Source of the DNA: Bacteroidota bacterium
Lineage (GTDB): Bacteria; Bacteroidota; Bacteroidia; AKYH767-A; OLB10
Length of the DNA: 64,000 nt
NCBI GenBank assembly: GCA_016713525.1
Contig: JADJOZ010000001.1
Location: forward strand, 716,225-780,224
Reading direction: 5' to 3'
Shown here one piece after another: positions 31,431 through 40,982 of this stretch. Numbering within the stretch: the stretch's first letter is position 1; each line of letters opens with the position of its first letter. The notes below the pieces were generated by a model. That model had not been told where the DNA came from and made no database searches. It saw only the letters and a program-made list of their open reading frames with translations. The translations under genes were made by a program, and so were the position numbers.

Positions 31431-31551
31431 GAATAAAAAAATTCCAAAATTGATGGGTTTGCTGATACTAAACTTTAAATCGTTTTAGGTCCCTATAGTT
31501 ACCATTTTAACGCTCCGGACAAGTAGGAGAAAAAATTCAAAATAAGCTGCA

Positions 31552-33205
31552 ATGAAAAACATTCACAAAAATCTGCTTCTTGTTATTCTGACTTTTAATT
31601 TTTGCTTTTATTCTCTTTCCTATTCTCAAAATATTCCTACAATTCAGTGGCAAAATACTATAGGGGGAAGTAGTTTTGATTTCCTTTATTCTGCAGAGCA
31701 AACAACAGATGGTGGCTATATTCTTGTAGGATATTCTTATTCAAACATTTCAGGAGATAAAACTGAAAACTTTATAGGTAGTTATGGCAGAAGTGATTAT
31801 TGGATTGTAAAAACTGATTCATCAGGTAACATTCTGTGGCAGAACACTATCGGAGGAGAATATGAAGAAGCACTTACTTCCATAAAACAAACAACTGATG
31901 GGGGATATATTTTGGGTGGATTTTCACAGTCAAACGCTTCAGGCGATAAAACAGAAAATAATTATGATACTTTATGCGCAACTTTCGATTACTGGATTGT
32001 AAAAACAGATTCACTTGGAAATTTAATTTTGGGACATCACCATTGGTGGAAGTGATGAAGATAGACTTTTGGCTATTGAGCAAACAGCAGATAATGGTTT
32101 TATTCTAGGTGGATTTTCCAGATCAAATATTTCAGGTGTTAAAGTTGAAAATAATATTGGTGCATCTCCAACAACTGATTACTGGATTGTAAAAACTGAT
32201 TCGCTTGGCAATATTGAATGGCAAAACACAATTGGAGGTAGTTTATATGACTATCTTTATTCTATTAAGGAAACTCAGGACGGAGGTTACATTCTTGGAG
32301 GAATGTCTTGTTCAAACATTTCAGGTGATAAAACGGAAACCTGCCTATGGTATGGAGACTATTGGATTATAAAAACAGATTCACTGGGAACAATTCAATG
32401 GCAGAATACAATTGGAGGAAATGGCAATGACGCACTTTTTTCATTAGTACAAACCTCAGATGGAGGATATTTACTAGGTGGAGAATCTAATTCGAATATT
32501 TCGTGGGATAAGACTGAAAACAGCATGGGTGACTTTGATTATTGGATTGTAAAAACGAACTCAGTTGGAAACATTCAGTGGCAAAACACTATCGGAGGAA
32601 GTGAAGGTGATTTTCTCGAATCATTACAGCAAACCACTGACGGTGGCTATATACTTGGCGGCTGGTCCCTGTCAAACATTTCAGGCGATAAAACACAAAA
32701 TAATTGTGATAGTACTTTGGGCTATCCAGATTTCTGGATTGTGAAAACCGATGCTGCTGGAAGCATACAGTGGCAAAATACTATCGGGGGCAGTAAAAAC
32801 GATAAGCTTCATTCCATTGAACAAACAATTGACGGCGGATACATTCTTGGTGGCTATTCAGAATCAGACATTTCAGGAAATAAAACAGAAAATTGCATTG
32901 GCTATTCAGATTACTGGATTGTAAAACTTACTCCAGAAACAATCACTTCAAGTGTGCAAACGCCCTATCAGCAATTACCAATTTTAATTTCTCCCAATCC
33001 TTTTACAGATAAATTAAATGTTACTGTCAATAATAGTGAACTTTCAGAAATTATTCTTTATGACATGACAGCAAGAAAAATAATGCAAATGAATTTTACA
33101 AATTCCATTACTCTAAATACAGAACAGCTTGCAAAGGGTTTGTATATTTATGAATTGCGAATTAAAAATGGTATGTCCCCAAAAGGGAAAATTGTGAAAG
33201 ATTGA
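31552..33205 (+). CDS. 7-bladed beta-propeller-like repeat protein with T9SS type-A CTD, frameshift at T-run 32017-32020
   Basis: Track ORFs 31552-32055 and 32069-33205 form one gene. Removing one T from TTTT at 32017-32020 gives a continuous ...DSLGNLIWDITIGGSDEDRLLAIEQTADNGFILGG. There are seven ~60-aa repeats (QWQNTIGGS..D...S..QT.DGGYILGG.S.SNISGDKTEN....DYWIVKTDS.GNI), a signal peptide, and a C-terminal ISPNPFTDKLNVTV...GLYIYELRI type-A CTD. Confidence 0.65.
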
Positions 33206-33227
33206 GACGGTTATAAGCAAGTTTGCA

Positions 33228-33340
33228 CGGGCTTCGTTTCAGTATCCCTGCCAGACATAATCTTTTGAACTGGTCAGGATGAAAATTTCACACCGGATAC
33301 GTGAATTCAGCCTTATTTCCTGAAGGTATTTAAATTTGAA
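33228..33340 (+). promoter_or_regulatory. conserved ~110-nt upstream element, copy B
   Basis: CTGCCAGACATAATCTTTTGAACTGGTCAGGATGAAAATTTCACACCGGATACGTGAATTCAG...AAATTTGAAT aligns with copy A. Confidence 0.5.
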
Positions 33341-33457
33341 TCAAATTTTTTCTTAATTTGCAATAGCGTATAATTTTAGCGACTGACAAGTTGATTATAG
33401 ATAAAATGCATTTTTAAGCAGTTAACATGTATGATGTCATTTGTTTAAATTTATATT

Positions 33458-34018
33458 ATGAAACAATTTTACTGGATTTTTATTTTGCTTGCTGTAATAT
33501 CAAACCCACTTAATGCGCAGCAGGCAGAAGCTGATTTCAAAAAGTCCTTGTTTGTAAATTCAAAAGATGAAAATGTCTATTCGCTTTCTATTGGAGGTGG
33601 CATTGGTGCAGGTAGTCAAGGTGCTACTGGCGGATTGATTGTAGATTTAGACGTTTATCATATTTTAATTGGATATAAGTTGATAAAGCATGGAATTTTG
33701 TTGCCAAAAGACCACAAACAAGCAACTGAAAATTCTTTTTATTTTGGCTATCAATATCGAACTAAAAAAATAATGAGTTCAATTGGTGCAGGAATAGGCA
33801 TCTTAAAATATAAATGTACAAGTGGAATTAATGGCAACTGTTATGACATTGATGAAAACACGAGCCAATGCATACCATTGAAATTAGAGTTTGACTATTT
33901 ATTTTCACCATACATTGGAATTGGAATATCTGCAAACAATACATTTACTGATAATTCCCCCTTGTTTTCCGCTATGTTTCACCTGAAATTTGGTATATTC
34001 TGGAGTCAGGAATATTAA
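33458..34018 (+). CDS. putative outer-membrane beta-barrel protein (hypothetical)
   Basis: Signal peptide (PLNAQQ) and alternating amphipathic beta-strand pattern. It ends with aromatic residues (FWSQEY). No named domain recognised. Confidence 0.35.
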   Translation: MKQFYWIFILLAVISNPLNAQQAEADFKKSLFVNSKDENVYSLSIGGGIGAGSQGATGGLIVDLDVYHILIGYKLIKHGILLPKDHKQATENSFYFGYQYRTKKIMSSIGAGIGILKYKCTSGINGNCYDIDENTSQCIPLKLEFDYLFSPYIGIGISANNTFTDNSPLFSAMFHLKFGIFWSQEY

Positions 34019-34208
34019 GCAATAGTAAGCCTGTAACAACTCTCTCTGCCACCGGATTTATATGTTTAAAGGGTGTGTATCATAAATGGCCTGACAATAT
34101 TTTGATGAGGATTAATGGGTAATGTGGCACATACAAAATTTTTTGTCACCTTTGCTATAGCCATGAAAACTGGCGCCAATAACTTGACATAGCATTAAGC
34201 TCACAACC

Positions 34209-34685
34209 ATGAAGAAACCAATCTTAGTAATTTTAGTCCTTGCAGCAACTTTTTCGCTGGGCTTCGCATTTAAATCGCTTACTACAACCTATACAAACCC
34301 TAACAACATGAAAAGAGTAACCGGAATCGGCGGAGTTTTCTTTAAATGTAAAAATCCGAAGGAAACCACAGAATGGTATAAAAAACACCTCGGATTAGAT
34401 ACCAACCCATACGGTGCAACCTTTGAATGGTACGAAGGACCCGACAGTACCACCAAAGCCCAAACCCAATGGACACCCTTTCCGGAGACCACCAACTATT
34501 TCGGGAACTCGAACCAGAATTTCATGATAAACTACCGCGTTGAAAATCTCGAGGCATTGGTAGAAGAACTAAAAAAAGAAGGCGTAACCATAGTAGACAA
34601 AATTGAATCGTACGACTATGGCAAGTTTGTGCACATTCTCGATGGCGAAGGCAACAAAGTGCAGCTTTGGGAAGCGATAGATTAG
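34209..34685 (+). CDS. VOC (glyoxalase/bleomycin-resistance) family protein, secreted
   Basis: Signal peptide, then GIGGVFFKCKNPKETTEWYKKHLGL and KFVHILDGEGNKVQLWE blocks typical of the VOC superfamily. Confidence 0.55.
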   Translation: MKKPILVILVLAATFSLGFAFKSLTTTYTNPNNMKRVTGIGGVFFKCKNPKETTEWYKKHLGLDTNPYGATFEWYEGPDSTTKAQTQWTPFPETTNYFGNSNQNFMINYRVENLEALVEELKKEGVTIVDKIESYDYGKFVHILDGEGNKVQLWEAID

Positions 34686-34693
34686 CACGAACC

Positions 34694-35119
34694 ATGCAGT
34701 ATTTACTTTATCTGTTAGTCCTTTTTTACTTTTTGTATACACTTTCGTATGCTTTGAAATTCAATAGGGCCAACATTTACTATGCAGGTAAACAAAAGCT
34801 TGTCCATAATCTCATGATTTGGCTGGTTCCTTTTCTGTGGATTCTGCTCTTAAAAACCATTGACAGACCAATTGGAAGAAATTCGTTTTCCCAAGAACCA
34901 GAAACCGGTCCTGATGGAAGTGATGGAGGCGGGCCACCGGATTCTATTCATTTTTTCATGGATCCGGAAGTGCATCGGATGGAGGTTACTCCGGCTCCGA
35001 CTCAGGTGGCTACGATAACCATGGATATGACTCCGGTGGAAGTGGAAATTCAGGTGGTAGTGGAGATGGTGGGGATTAGGGGGGGCATTGCAAAGGCTAA
35101 ACATTATACAATAATATAG
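34694..35119 (+). CDS. hypothetical membrane protein (C-terminus possibly frameshifted)
   Basis: Two TM helices. The alternative frame after the T6 run near 34957-34962 gives a Gly/Ser/Asp/Tyr-rich low-complexity tail (GSGSASDGGYSGSDSGGYDNHGYDSGGSGNSGGSGDGGD). Confidence 0.3.
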   Translation: MQYLLYLLVLFYFLYTLSYALKFNRANIYYAGKQKLVHNLMIWLVPFLWILLLKTIDRPIGRNSFSQEPETGPDGSDGGGPPDSIHFFMDPEVHRMEVTPAPTQVATITMDMTPVEVEIQVVVEMVGIRGGIAKAKHYTII

Positions 35120-35198
35120 GACAACCTTTGAAATTGAGAGTGTTTTGCCGCAAAATACTTAAAAGTTTAGAATCATTTTATATAGTATTTTAAATGAG

Positions 35199-36572
35199 TT
35201 ATTTTTTATTTACTTTAAATTTCCCAGCAACTATTCTTAAATATTTCACTACGATAAAAATTGGAAATAACAGACAAAAAAACAATGATAAAAACCCTAT
35301 TTGCAATTGTTTTTGAATATCTAACATAAACAAGAACACAGAAACGATTAAAGTCAATATAATGTAGTTAATGAAACTATAAATTGGTTCTTTAAGTGTT
35401 GGGTCGAAAATAATCCAATTGAAAGGGTTTTTCTCATAGCCCATCAATTCTGGATTGAAAAAATATAGATATAAAAGGAATAGACAAAAAATTAGGATAT
35501 TGATTAAAATTCCGTTAGCAAGTTGAACTATGCTCAGCTTGTAATACAGGCTATTTCTCGAATCATTATTGACTTGCAATTTAATGATTTTTGAATTTGT
35601 TTTTGTAATTGGATCATGAAGACGGACGTCATAATTTCCAGATCGAAATTTCCTCTTTAAAAGAATTTTTAACTGGCTATTTTCTAGCTGAAACTCAAAA
35701 TCTTTGTTTATTTTATTTGGAACTAAAGAATTAATAAATTGAACTTCAATTTTGTCTTGATCTAAAATATTGTAGGTTCTAAAATCAAAAATTAAAGGGA
35801 TTTCCTGGTCAAATTTACTGCCATTGATGTTCAGAGAGTCATTGCCATCAAATTGATGATTTAATAAGGCTATAGTAGGTGCTTCAGTTTCAACAAGAGC
35901 GGAAATCAATAGAGAGAATGGTTTGGAGTTAGAATTTTCGAAAAAGTCAGGGATCAAAATTACTGAACCAGAATCAATTAATCCAACTATAAAATATATG
36001 CTTTCTTGTTTACAAGATGAAACTAACCTGAAATTGTGAGATTCAAAGTTGCTTTGGTTTAGAACTTGAGGAAAGTTATTTGTAGAATTTAAAAGTTGAT
36101 ATTCAGCATGTGTTAGCGATGACGTTACTTTAATATCAACAGTATTAAATTCGATAAATATTTTACTTTGCAGAGGAGAACTGGATGTCATACCGGATGC
36201 CCTTTTTGGAGTATGCAGTGGAACATAGTTAACTAGTAACAGTAAATGTGAATCTATATAAAGGAGTTTACCATTGATTAGATTTCGGGTTTGAATTTGA
36301 GCATTGACATCAAAAATGCGTTCTTGAAATTGGGAATTCATTTCCGTATAAGTAAATTCATGAACCCTGATATTTGTTGTACTTGAAGATTCATATTTAA
36401 CTAAAAGGCAAATTTTATTTTCTGAAAAAGTAGCATCTAAAATTTCAGGTTTAAGTTGAGAGTCAATTCGTTTGTGAGAGATATTTTTGTAAATCATGTC
36501 GTAATTATTAGTGTTAGCATCAGATTTCGTATAAATCAAAATTCCCAAAATAATTAAAATTAGCTGTCTCAT
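35199..36572 (-). CDS. hypothetical protein: signal peptide, large extracytoplasmic domain, C-terminal TM helices
   Basis: 457-aa AT-rich ORF with N-terminal MRQLILIILGILIYT and C-terminal hydrophobic helices. No recognisable domain. Confidence 0.4.
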   Translation of the reverse strand: MRQLILIILGILIYTKSDANTNNYDMIYKNISHKRIDSQLKPEILDATFSENKICLLVKYESSSTTNIRVHEFTYTEMNSQFQERIFDVNAQIQTRNLINGKLLYIDSHLLLLVNYVPLHTPKRASGMTSSSPLQSKIFIEFNTVDIKVTSSLTHAEYQLLNSTNNFPQVLNQSNFESHNFRLVSSCKQESIYFIVGLIDSGSVILIPDFFENSNSKPFSLLISALVETEAPTIALLNHQFDGNDSLNINGSKFDQEIPLIFDFRTYNILDQDKIEVQFINSLVPNKINKDFEFQLENSQLKILLKRKFRSGNYDVRLHDPITKTNSKIIKLQVNNDSRNSLYYKLSIVQLANGILINILIFCLFLLYLYFFNPELMGYEKNPFNWIIFDPTLKEPIYSFINYIILTLIVSVFLFMLDIQKQLQIGFLSLFFCLLFPIFIVVKYLRIVAGKFKVNKK

Positions 36573-37140
36573 AGTGATAGATTTGTTTGATTTGGAAAAT
36601 GTATATCAGGGTTTTTATTGAAAATTTACACTTTGATTTTTTTCGGATTGATTTATTTGGAAGAAATATTAATTTTATTATTGGTGTATTTAAGCTGCTT
36701 AGTAATTGCTTTCAACAAATTTCACAATTATTGGACTGGATTTCCATCTTAAATAATTTCAAATTTATAAGAATATTAGAGATTTCCAAAATTGCGTTCT
36801 GTAAAACTTGTTTTTATCGAAAACTAGTAATGATTTAGTGCATGATGAGTTATCGATTGAGTTGTAATGATCATTGAAATAGCTTGAAAACAGACACATG
36901 TTGTCAGGTGTTGTTTACATAAGTATTTGAATATTGCAATTTATTGAATATCAGAATAATGTAATACTTACTTAAGGTTTTGGTTGGCTTTTCAGGAAAA
37001 TAGGTAAGGTTTTCTTGCTAACGAAGCAGTTTATTTAATTTCACACTTTTTCGTGGACCATCCTAACTATTTTTTTTAAGGGGAAGAAGTGGGTTCGGGG
37101 AAAAAATGTACTTTTGGTACTAAACTTAAAACTAAAATTT

Positions 37141-37494
37141 ATGAAAAGATCTACTTTGATTGCAATTGCAATTTTTATCGCCTGTAATGTGAATGGGCAA
37201 ACGAATACAGATTCTACTCAGGTCAGAATTGAAATGGTTCAATTGAATTTAAACAAGTATTATAACCAGACAAGGACAGGTACTGGGATATTCGCTTTTG
37301 GAGCTTTACTTGGGACTGCTACACTTATTGGATTGGATCGACAGCAAGGTGAATATAGGTTACGTAATAGTTTGTACGGAGTTGCTGGAGCTGCTGCTTT
37401 GACCGGGTTGCTTATAAATATGGAAGCAATTCGTTTTGTTCGCGAGGCTTCAGAGATTTCCATTGGACCAGGGGGTGCAAAAATTAAATTTTAA
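37141..37494 (+). CDS. hypothetical secreted or membrane protein
   Basis: Signal peptide (MKRSTLIAIAIFIACNVNGQ) and a Gly/Ala-rich TM-like segment. First gene of a three-gene co-oriented cluster. Confidence 0.35.
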   Translation: MKRSTLIAIAIFIACNVNGQTNTDSTQVRIEMVQLNLNKYYNQTRTGTGIFAFGALLGTATLIGLDRQQGEYRLRNSLYGVAGAAALTGLLINMEAIRFVREASEISIGPGGAKIKF

Positions 37495-37509
37495 CACATT
37501 TTAATTAGT

Positions 37510-37854
37510 ATGACTGAAGAAAATGAAAAGTTGCAAACGAAGCATAAGCAACAATTTTGGTTCAAAGTAGGATTGACTGTTATAATTCTATTGTGGCTCT
37601 CTAATTTTTTGATTTTGTTTTGTCATAATCCTGGAACTATTGGTGATTCTTTTGGTGTTGTTAATTCACTCTTCAGTGGATTAGCATTTGGAGGAATAAT
37701 TTATACAATCATACTTCAAAGGGATGAACTACAACTTCAAAGAGACGAACTTAGTTTAACTCGATTAGAATTGAAGAGATCTGCTAATGCACAGGAAGAT
37801 TCTCAAAAGGCTCTTGAAAGGCAAGCAGCTAATTTGAAAAAAGTGCAGAATTGA
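37510..37854 (+). CDS. hypothetical membrane-anchored coiled-coil protein
   Basis: Two TM helices, then a coiled coil with an internal LQRDELQLQRDEL duplication. It starts 16 nt after the previous gene. Confidence 0.35.
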   Translation: MTEENEKLQTKHKQQFWFKVGLTVIILLWLSNFLILFCHNPGTIGDSFGVVNSLFSGLAFGGIIYTIILQRDELQLQRDELSLTRLELKRSANAQEDSQKALERQAANLKKVQN

Positions 37855-38063
37855 GTGCTCTAACAACTCTTATTGAATATTACCAAGGTTTGAATACTAA
37901 AACTTATGACATTATAGCTAAAGAAAGATACAATGATGTGATCACCATTTATATTGCAAGAATTTCTCAAATACTTGAAGATAAACAAAGCTAGATAAAA
38001 AATTCATATAGTTGCATTCTGATACTGATAGTTTTTACAATAATCTGATAAATTTGATTTTTT

Positions 38064-38909
38064 ATGCTTAATGAAATAAGAGATGGCTGGTCCCATTTTA
38101 TTGATAGGTTAAAAAGTCCATTTGGTGGAACATTTATATTTATCTGGATAATCACCCATTGGGAATTCATTTATTATCTAATTTTTGTCAGTTCTGATGT
38201 GACAGCTGAAGAACGAATTATAAACTTTAAATTTTTTTTTCAAGGAAGTCTTGGTAAAAGATTTATCTTGGATGTATTGCAACCTGCATTATTAACATTT
38301 CTCGCAATTGCAACATATCATAGCTTTTCCATTGTAGCGGGAGTAATCACCGGTGCTTTTAAGCGTTATTTGGAGCCCTGGATTTCAGGTGAATTGGGGA
38401 CTGGACCAACCGTTTTGAAATCTGAACTGGATTTGGAATCTCAAAGATTAATGAAACTCCAATTAGAATTAACAAAATGTCAAGATTTGAGAAATGATGA
38501 ATCTAGGCGGAATTTAGGTTCTGAACAAGAATTGAAAAGTAGTATAAATGTTTATTTGGGCCAGCTGAATAATGCAAATGCCAAAATTAATGATATTGAA
38601 AACAGACTGAAAATTTTAAGCGAAGGAGACAATAAACAATTATCAGATTTACATTATAAGCAGAGATTGAAAGAATTAAGATGCTTGGATTTTAGAAATG
38701 ACAGGCATCCAGGGTTAAGGGATATAATGAAGGATAAAAAATATAATTTTTATTTCGATGATGTAACCAAATCATTTAATCGAGAATCATTCAACTTGGA
38801 TGACAGTTCCTATCTTGTAGATGGAGTTAAAAAGTACAATATTTCAACAGTGATGATTAATCATATATACAAAATCAGGTGTATTTTGAAAAAGGGATAT
38901 GAAAAATAA
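38064..38909 (+). CDS. hypothetical membrane protein with C-terminal coiled-coil
   Basis: 281 aa with N-terminal TM helices followed by a long coiled-coil and charged region. No recognisable domain. Confidence 0.4.
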   Translation: MLNEIRDGWSHFIDRLKSPFGGTFIFIWIITHWEFIYYLIFVSSDVTAEERIINFKFFFQGSLGKRFILDVLQPALLTFLAIATYHSFSIVAGVITGAFKRYLEPWISGELGTGPTVLKSELDLESQRLMKLQLELTKCQDLRNDESRRNLGSEQELKSSINVYLGQLNNANAKINDIENRLKILSEGDNKQLSDLHYKQRLKELRCLDFRNDRHPGLRDIMKDKKYNFYFDDVTKSFNRESFNLDDSSYLVDGVKKYNISTVMINHIYKIRCILKKGYEK

Positions 38910-39089
38910 TTTGGTCTATATTAATTTAATAAATTATTCAATGCTAAATAATGGTACTTATTTTGGGTTTGAATTGAATTATGCAACCCAAAAAATGTAT
39001 AAAATTCTATATTCACCAGTTGATATTTCAGAGTTCCAAAATTATTTCTCTGGAACTGAGGATAATTAAGTAATTTGTCGCCTGTGCAT

Positions 39090-39707
39090 CTATCCAGCCC
39101 CATTCTGAGCCACATACTTTTCCGTACACACTTTAACATACTCCAAGCCTCCTCGCTTATCATCCCCACCGTGAAGGGAATTCTCACGGGGTTTAAAGGG
39201 GTTCAGAATATAATTCTTGTACCTGCAGTAGTCGCCTAATTTCTTTTTAAACTGCCGGGAATCACAGTACATCCTTTGTTTTGGGTAAATATCATAAAAG
39301 TGATCCGTGAGCTCCTTTCGGCTTATTTCCACGTTAAGATTGTTAGGATCTGAAAAGTAGGTATCTGCCCAATCCATAAATGACTCTCCGATATCCTGCC
39401 GGAGCTTTCTGGCTTGAATATTCTCAAATGGGGGAGACACTATCCCGAATTTAAAATAAAGCTTCAGACAGGTCGCCATGAGGTTGTAAAACAGATTCCA
39501 CTGGTCGAACTCCCATTCATCAAAGAAAAGCACTCCGAAATCGTCCACCGGTCGCAAATGTGGACCGTAATAGTCTGAAAAGACCATAAACGCCTGGCGA
39601 TCGCTGTGGCTGTATCCGGAGCCGGACAGGGCATGATTGGTTGTAAGGAAGATCTTGGGACTGTTGGTTAGAGTGAGTCGCTTGTCATATTTGCCTTCAA
39701 TTTGCAT
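39090..39707 (-). pseudogene. C-terminal fragment of a P4-type phage/plasmid primase-helicase (D5-like), remnant
   Basis: KIFLTTNHALSGSGYSHSDRQAFMVF...FFDEWEF resembles the region after the ATPase core of P4-family primases. The N-terminal primase and Walker A parts are absent. No flanking integrase. Confidence 0.3.
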
Positions 39708-39806
39708 TCTGCCGGTGATAAGAGGGAATAGGCAATGGAATTGAGGATGGAACCTTTGGAAAGGGGTGGGTTACTTAGGTTCATCAGGTGAAGTGGAAGT
39801 TAAAAT

Positions 39807-40750
39807 TATGTAGATCTTTCAACAACATAATTAACGAATTTTTCAATTAATATTTCAACTAATTTAGGAGTTGAGATGTAATCGTCGAATTTGTTCGTGG
39901 TGCTCCAACCTAGCTCTCCTGTGATGTATTTGTGAAAATAATAAGATTGATTACCACCCTGTAGATTTGTTGAGTTATATTCAAAATTGCATTGTAATCT
40001 TGAATCTGATAATGTATTACTATATTTTCTAATAAATTCAATACAAAGAAGTAAAGGATCAATTCCAATGTGAAAATGAACTTTGGGAACATCTCCTCCA
40101 ATCTGGAGTGATCTTTTGAATAATTTCGATTAGGTTGATTGTCAGGCCATATTTTGTTATATTCCTCAAAAATTTTATCATATAACAGTTGTAATTCTGA
40201 ATTCAAATCTTTAATTGATTCCTCATGCCTGAAATAATTTGACAGGCCGTCGATCCAGTTTTTCTGTGGTTTAAGTTATCAATTATTTCTTTCGGAGTTA
40301 GTTTTAATGAACTCCCATGTAACTCAATCAATTTTTGTTGTATAAATCCGACTGTTAAATCTATCGTAGACAAGTCAAAATTAGCGTATATGTAATTTCT
40401 TCCAATATAATCAATTTGGCTGTTGTCTAAATTCAGAATTATAAAACTATATGGAGTACTAAATTTTGAGTTAGCAATTGTCTAGACATTATTGCTTCTT
40501 TTTCAATCAAGGTCCAGGATGAAATTCCATAATTTTCTCTATGCAAAATGATAACTAAACGACTTCTATGTTTATATATATTTTGTAGTACAGGAATTGC
40601 ATTTTTAAATGCTAATTCCTTTTTATCCGTACTGTAAAGAAATATTTTGTCCGTATTTCCCAGTCTTTTCTGTAATTCTTCGGCTATCTTTTTGTCTTGA
40701 TCCAACAAAGAAAAGGCTATTTCGTAATCAAAATCTAAAGAATCGTTCAT
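39807..40750 (-). pseudogene. TIR/TIR-like domain protein disrupted by at least 3 frameshifts
   Basis: Track ORF 40439-40750 has a TIR-like N-terminus (DFDYEIAFSLLDQDKKIAEELQKRL...SRLVIILHRENYGISSWTLIEKEAI). Translation continues in other frames as TIANSKFSTPYSFIILNLDNSQIDYIGRNYIYANFDLSTIDLTVGFIQQKLIELHGSSLKLTPKEIIDNL, then NSELQLLYDKIFEEYNKIWPDNQPNRNYSKDHSRLEEM, then DVPKVHFHIGIDPLLLCIEFIRKYSNTLSDSRLQCNFEYNSTNLQGGNQSYYFHKYITGELGWSTTNKFDDYISTPKLVEILIEKFVNYVVERST, ending at 39807. Confidence 0.45.
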
Positions 40751-40769
40751 GACCTAAATATTTATATTT

Positions 40770-40982
40770 TTAAATTGGATCTAATCGTTCAAGCTCAAAT
40801 TCATTTGCATGTACAAAAGGCATGAATTCACCCTCAGCAATCTCAACAGGAATTAAAACAAAATCAAACCCTAGCAAAGGATAGATGTCATTTAAAAAAT
40901 GTTTTCTCGGTTTAATTTTATCTCCTTCAATGCTGTGTTTTATTCCTTTATACAGCACAATATCTCCTATTTTGTATTTCAA
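40770..40982 (-). CDS. hypothetical small protein immediately upstream of the TIR-like gene
   Basis: 70-aa ORF whose stop lies 20 nt before the TIR-like start. No recognisable domain. Confidence 0.3.
   Translation of the reverse strand: MKYKIGDIVLYKGIKHSIEGDKIKPRKHFLNDIYPLLGFDFVLIPVEIAEGEFMPFVHANEFELERLDPI

Noticed and set aside
39090-40750. An intact integrated prophage or conjugative element around the primase fragment.
   Set aside because: There is no integrase, recombinase, relaxase, capsid, terminase or T4SS gene anywhere in 31-47 kb. Only a C-terminal primase fragment survives. It is a remnant, not an active element.
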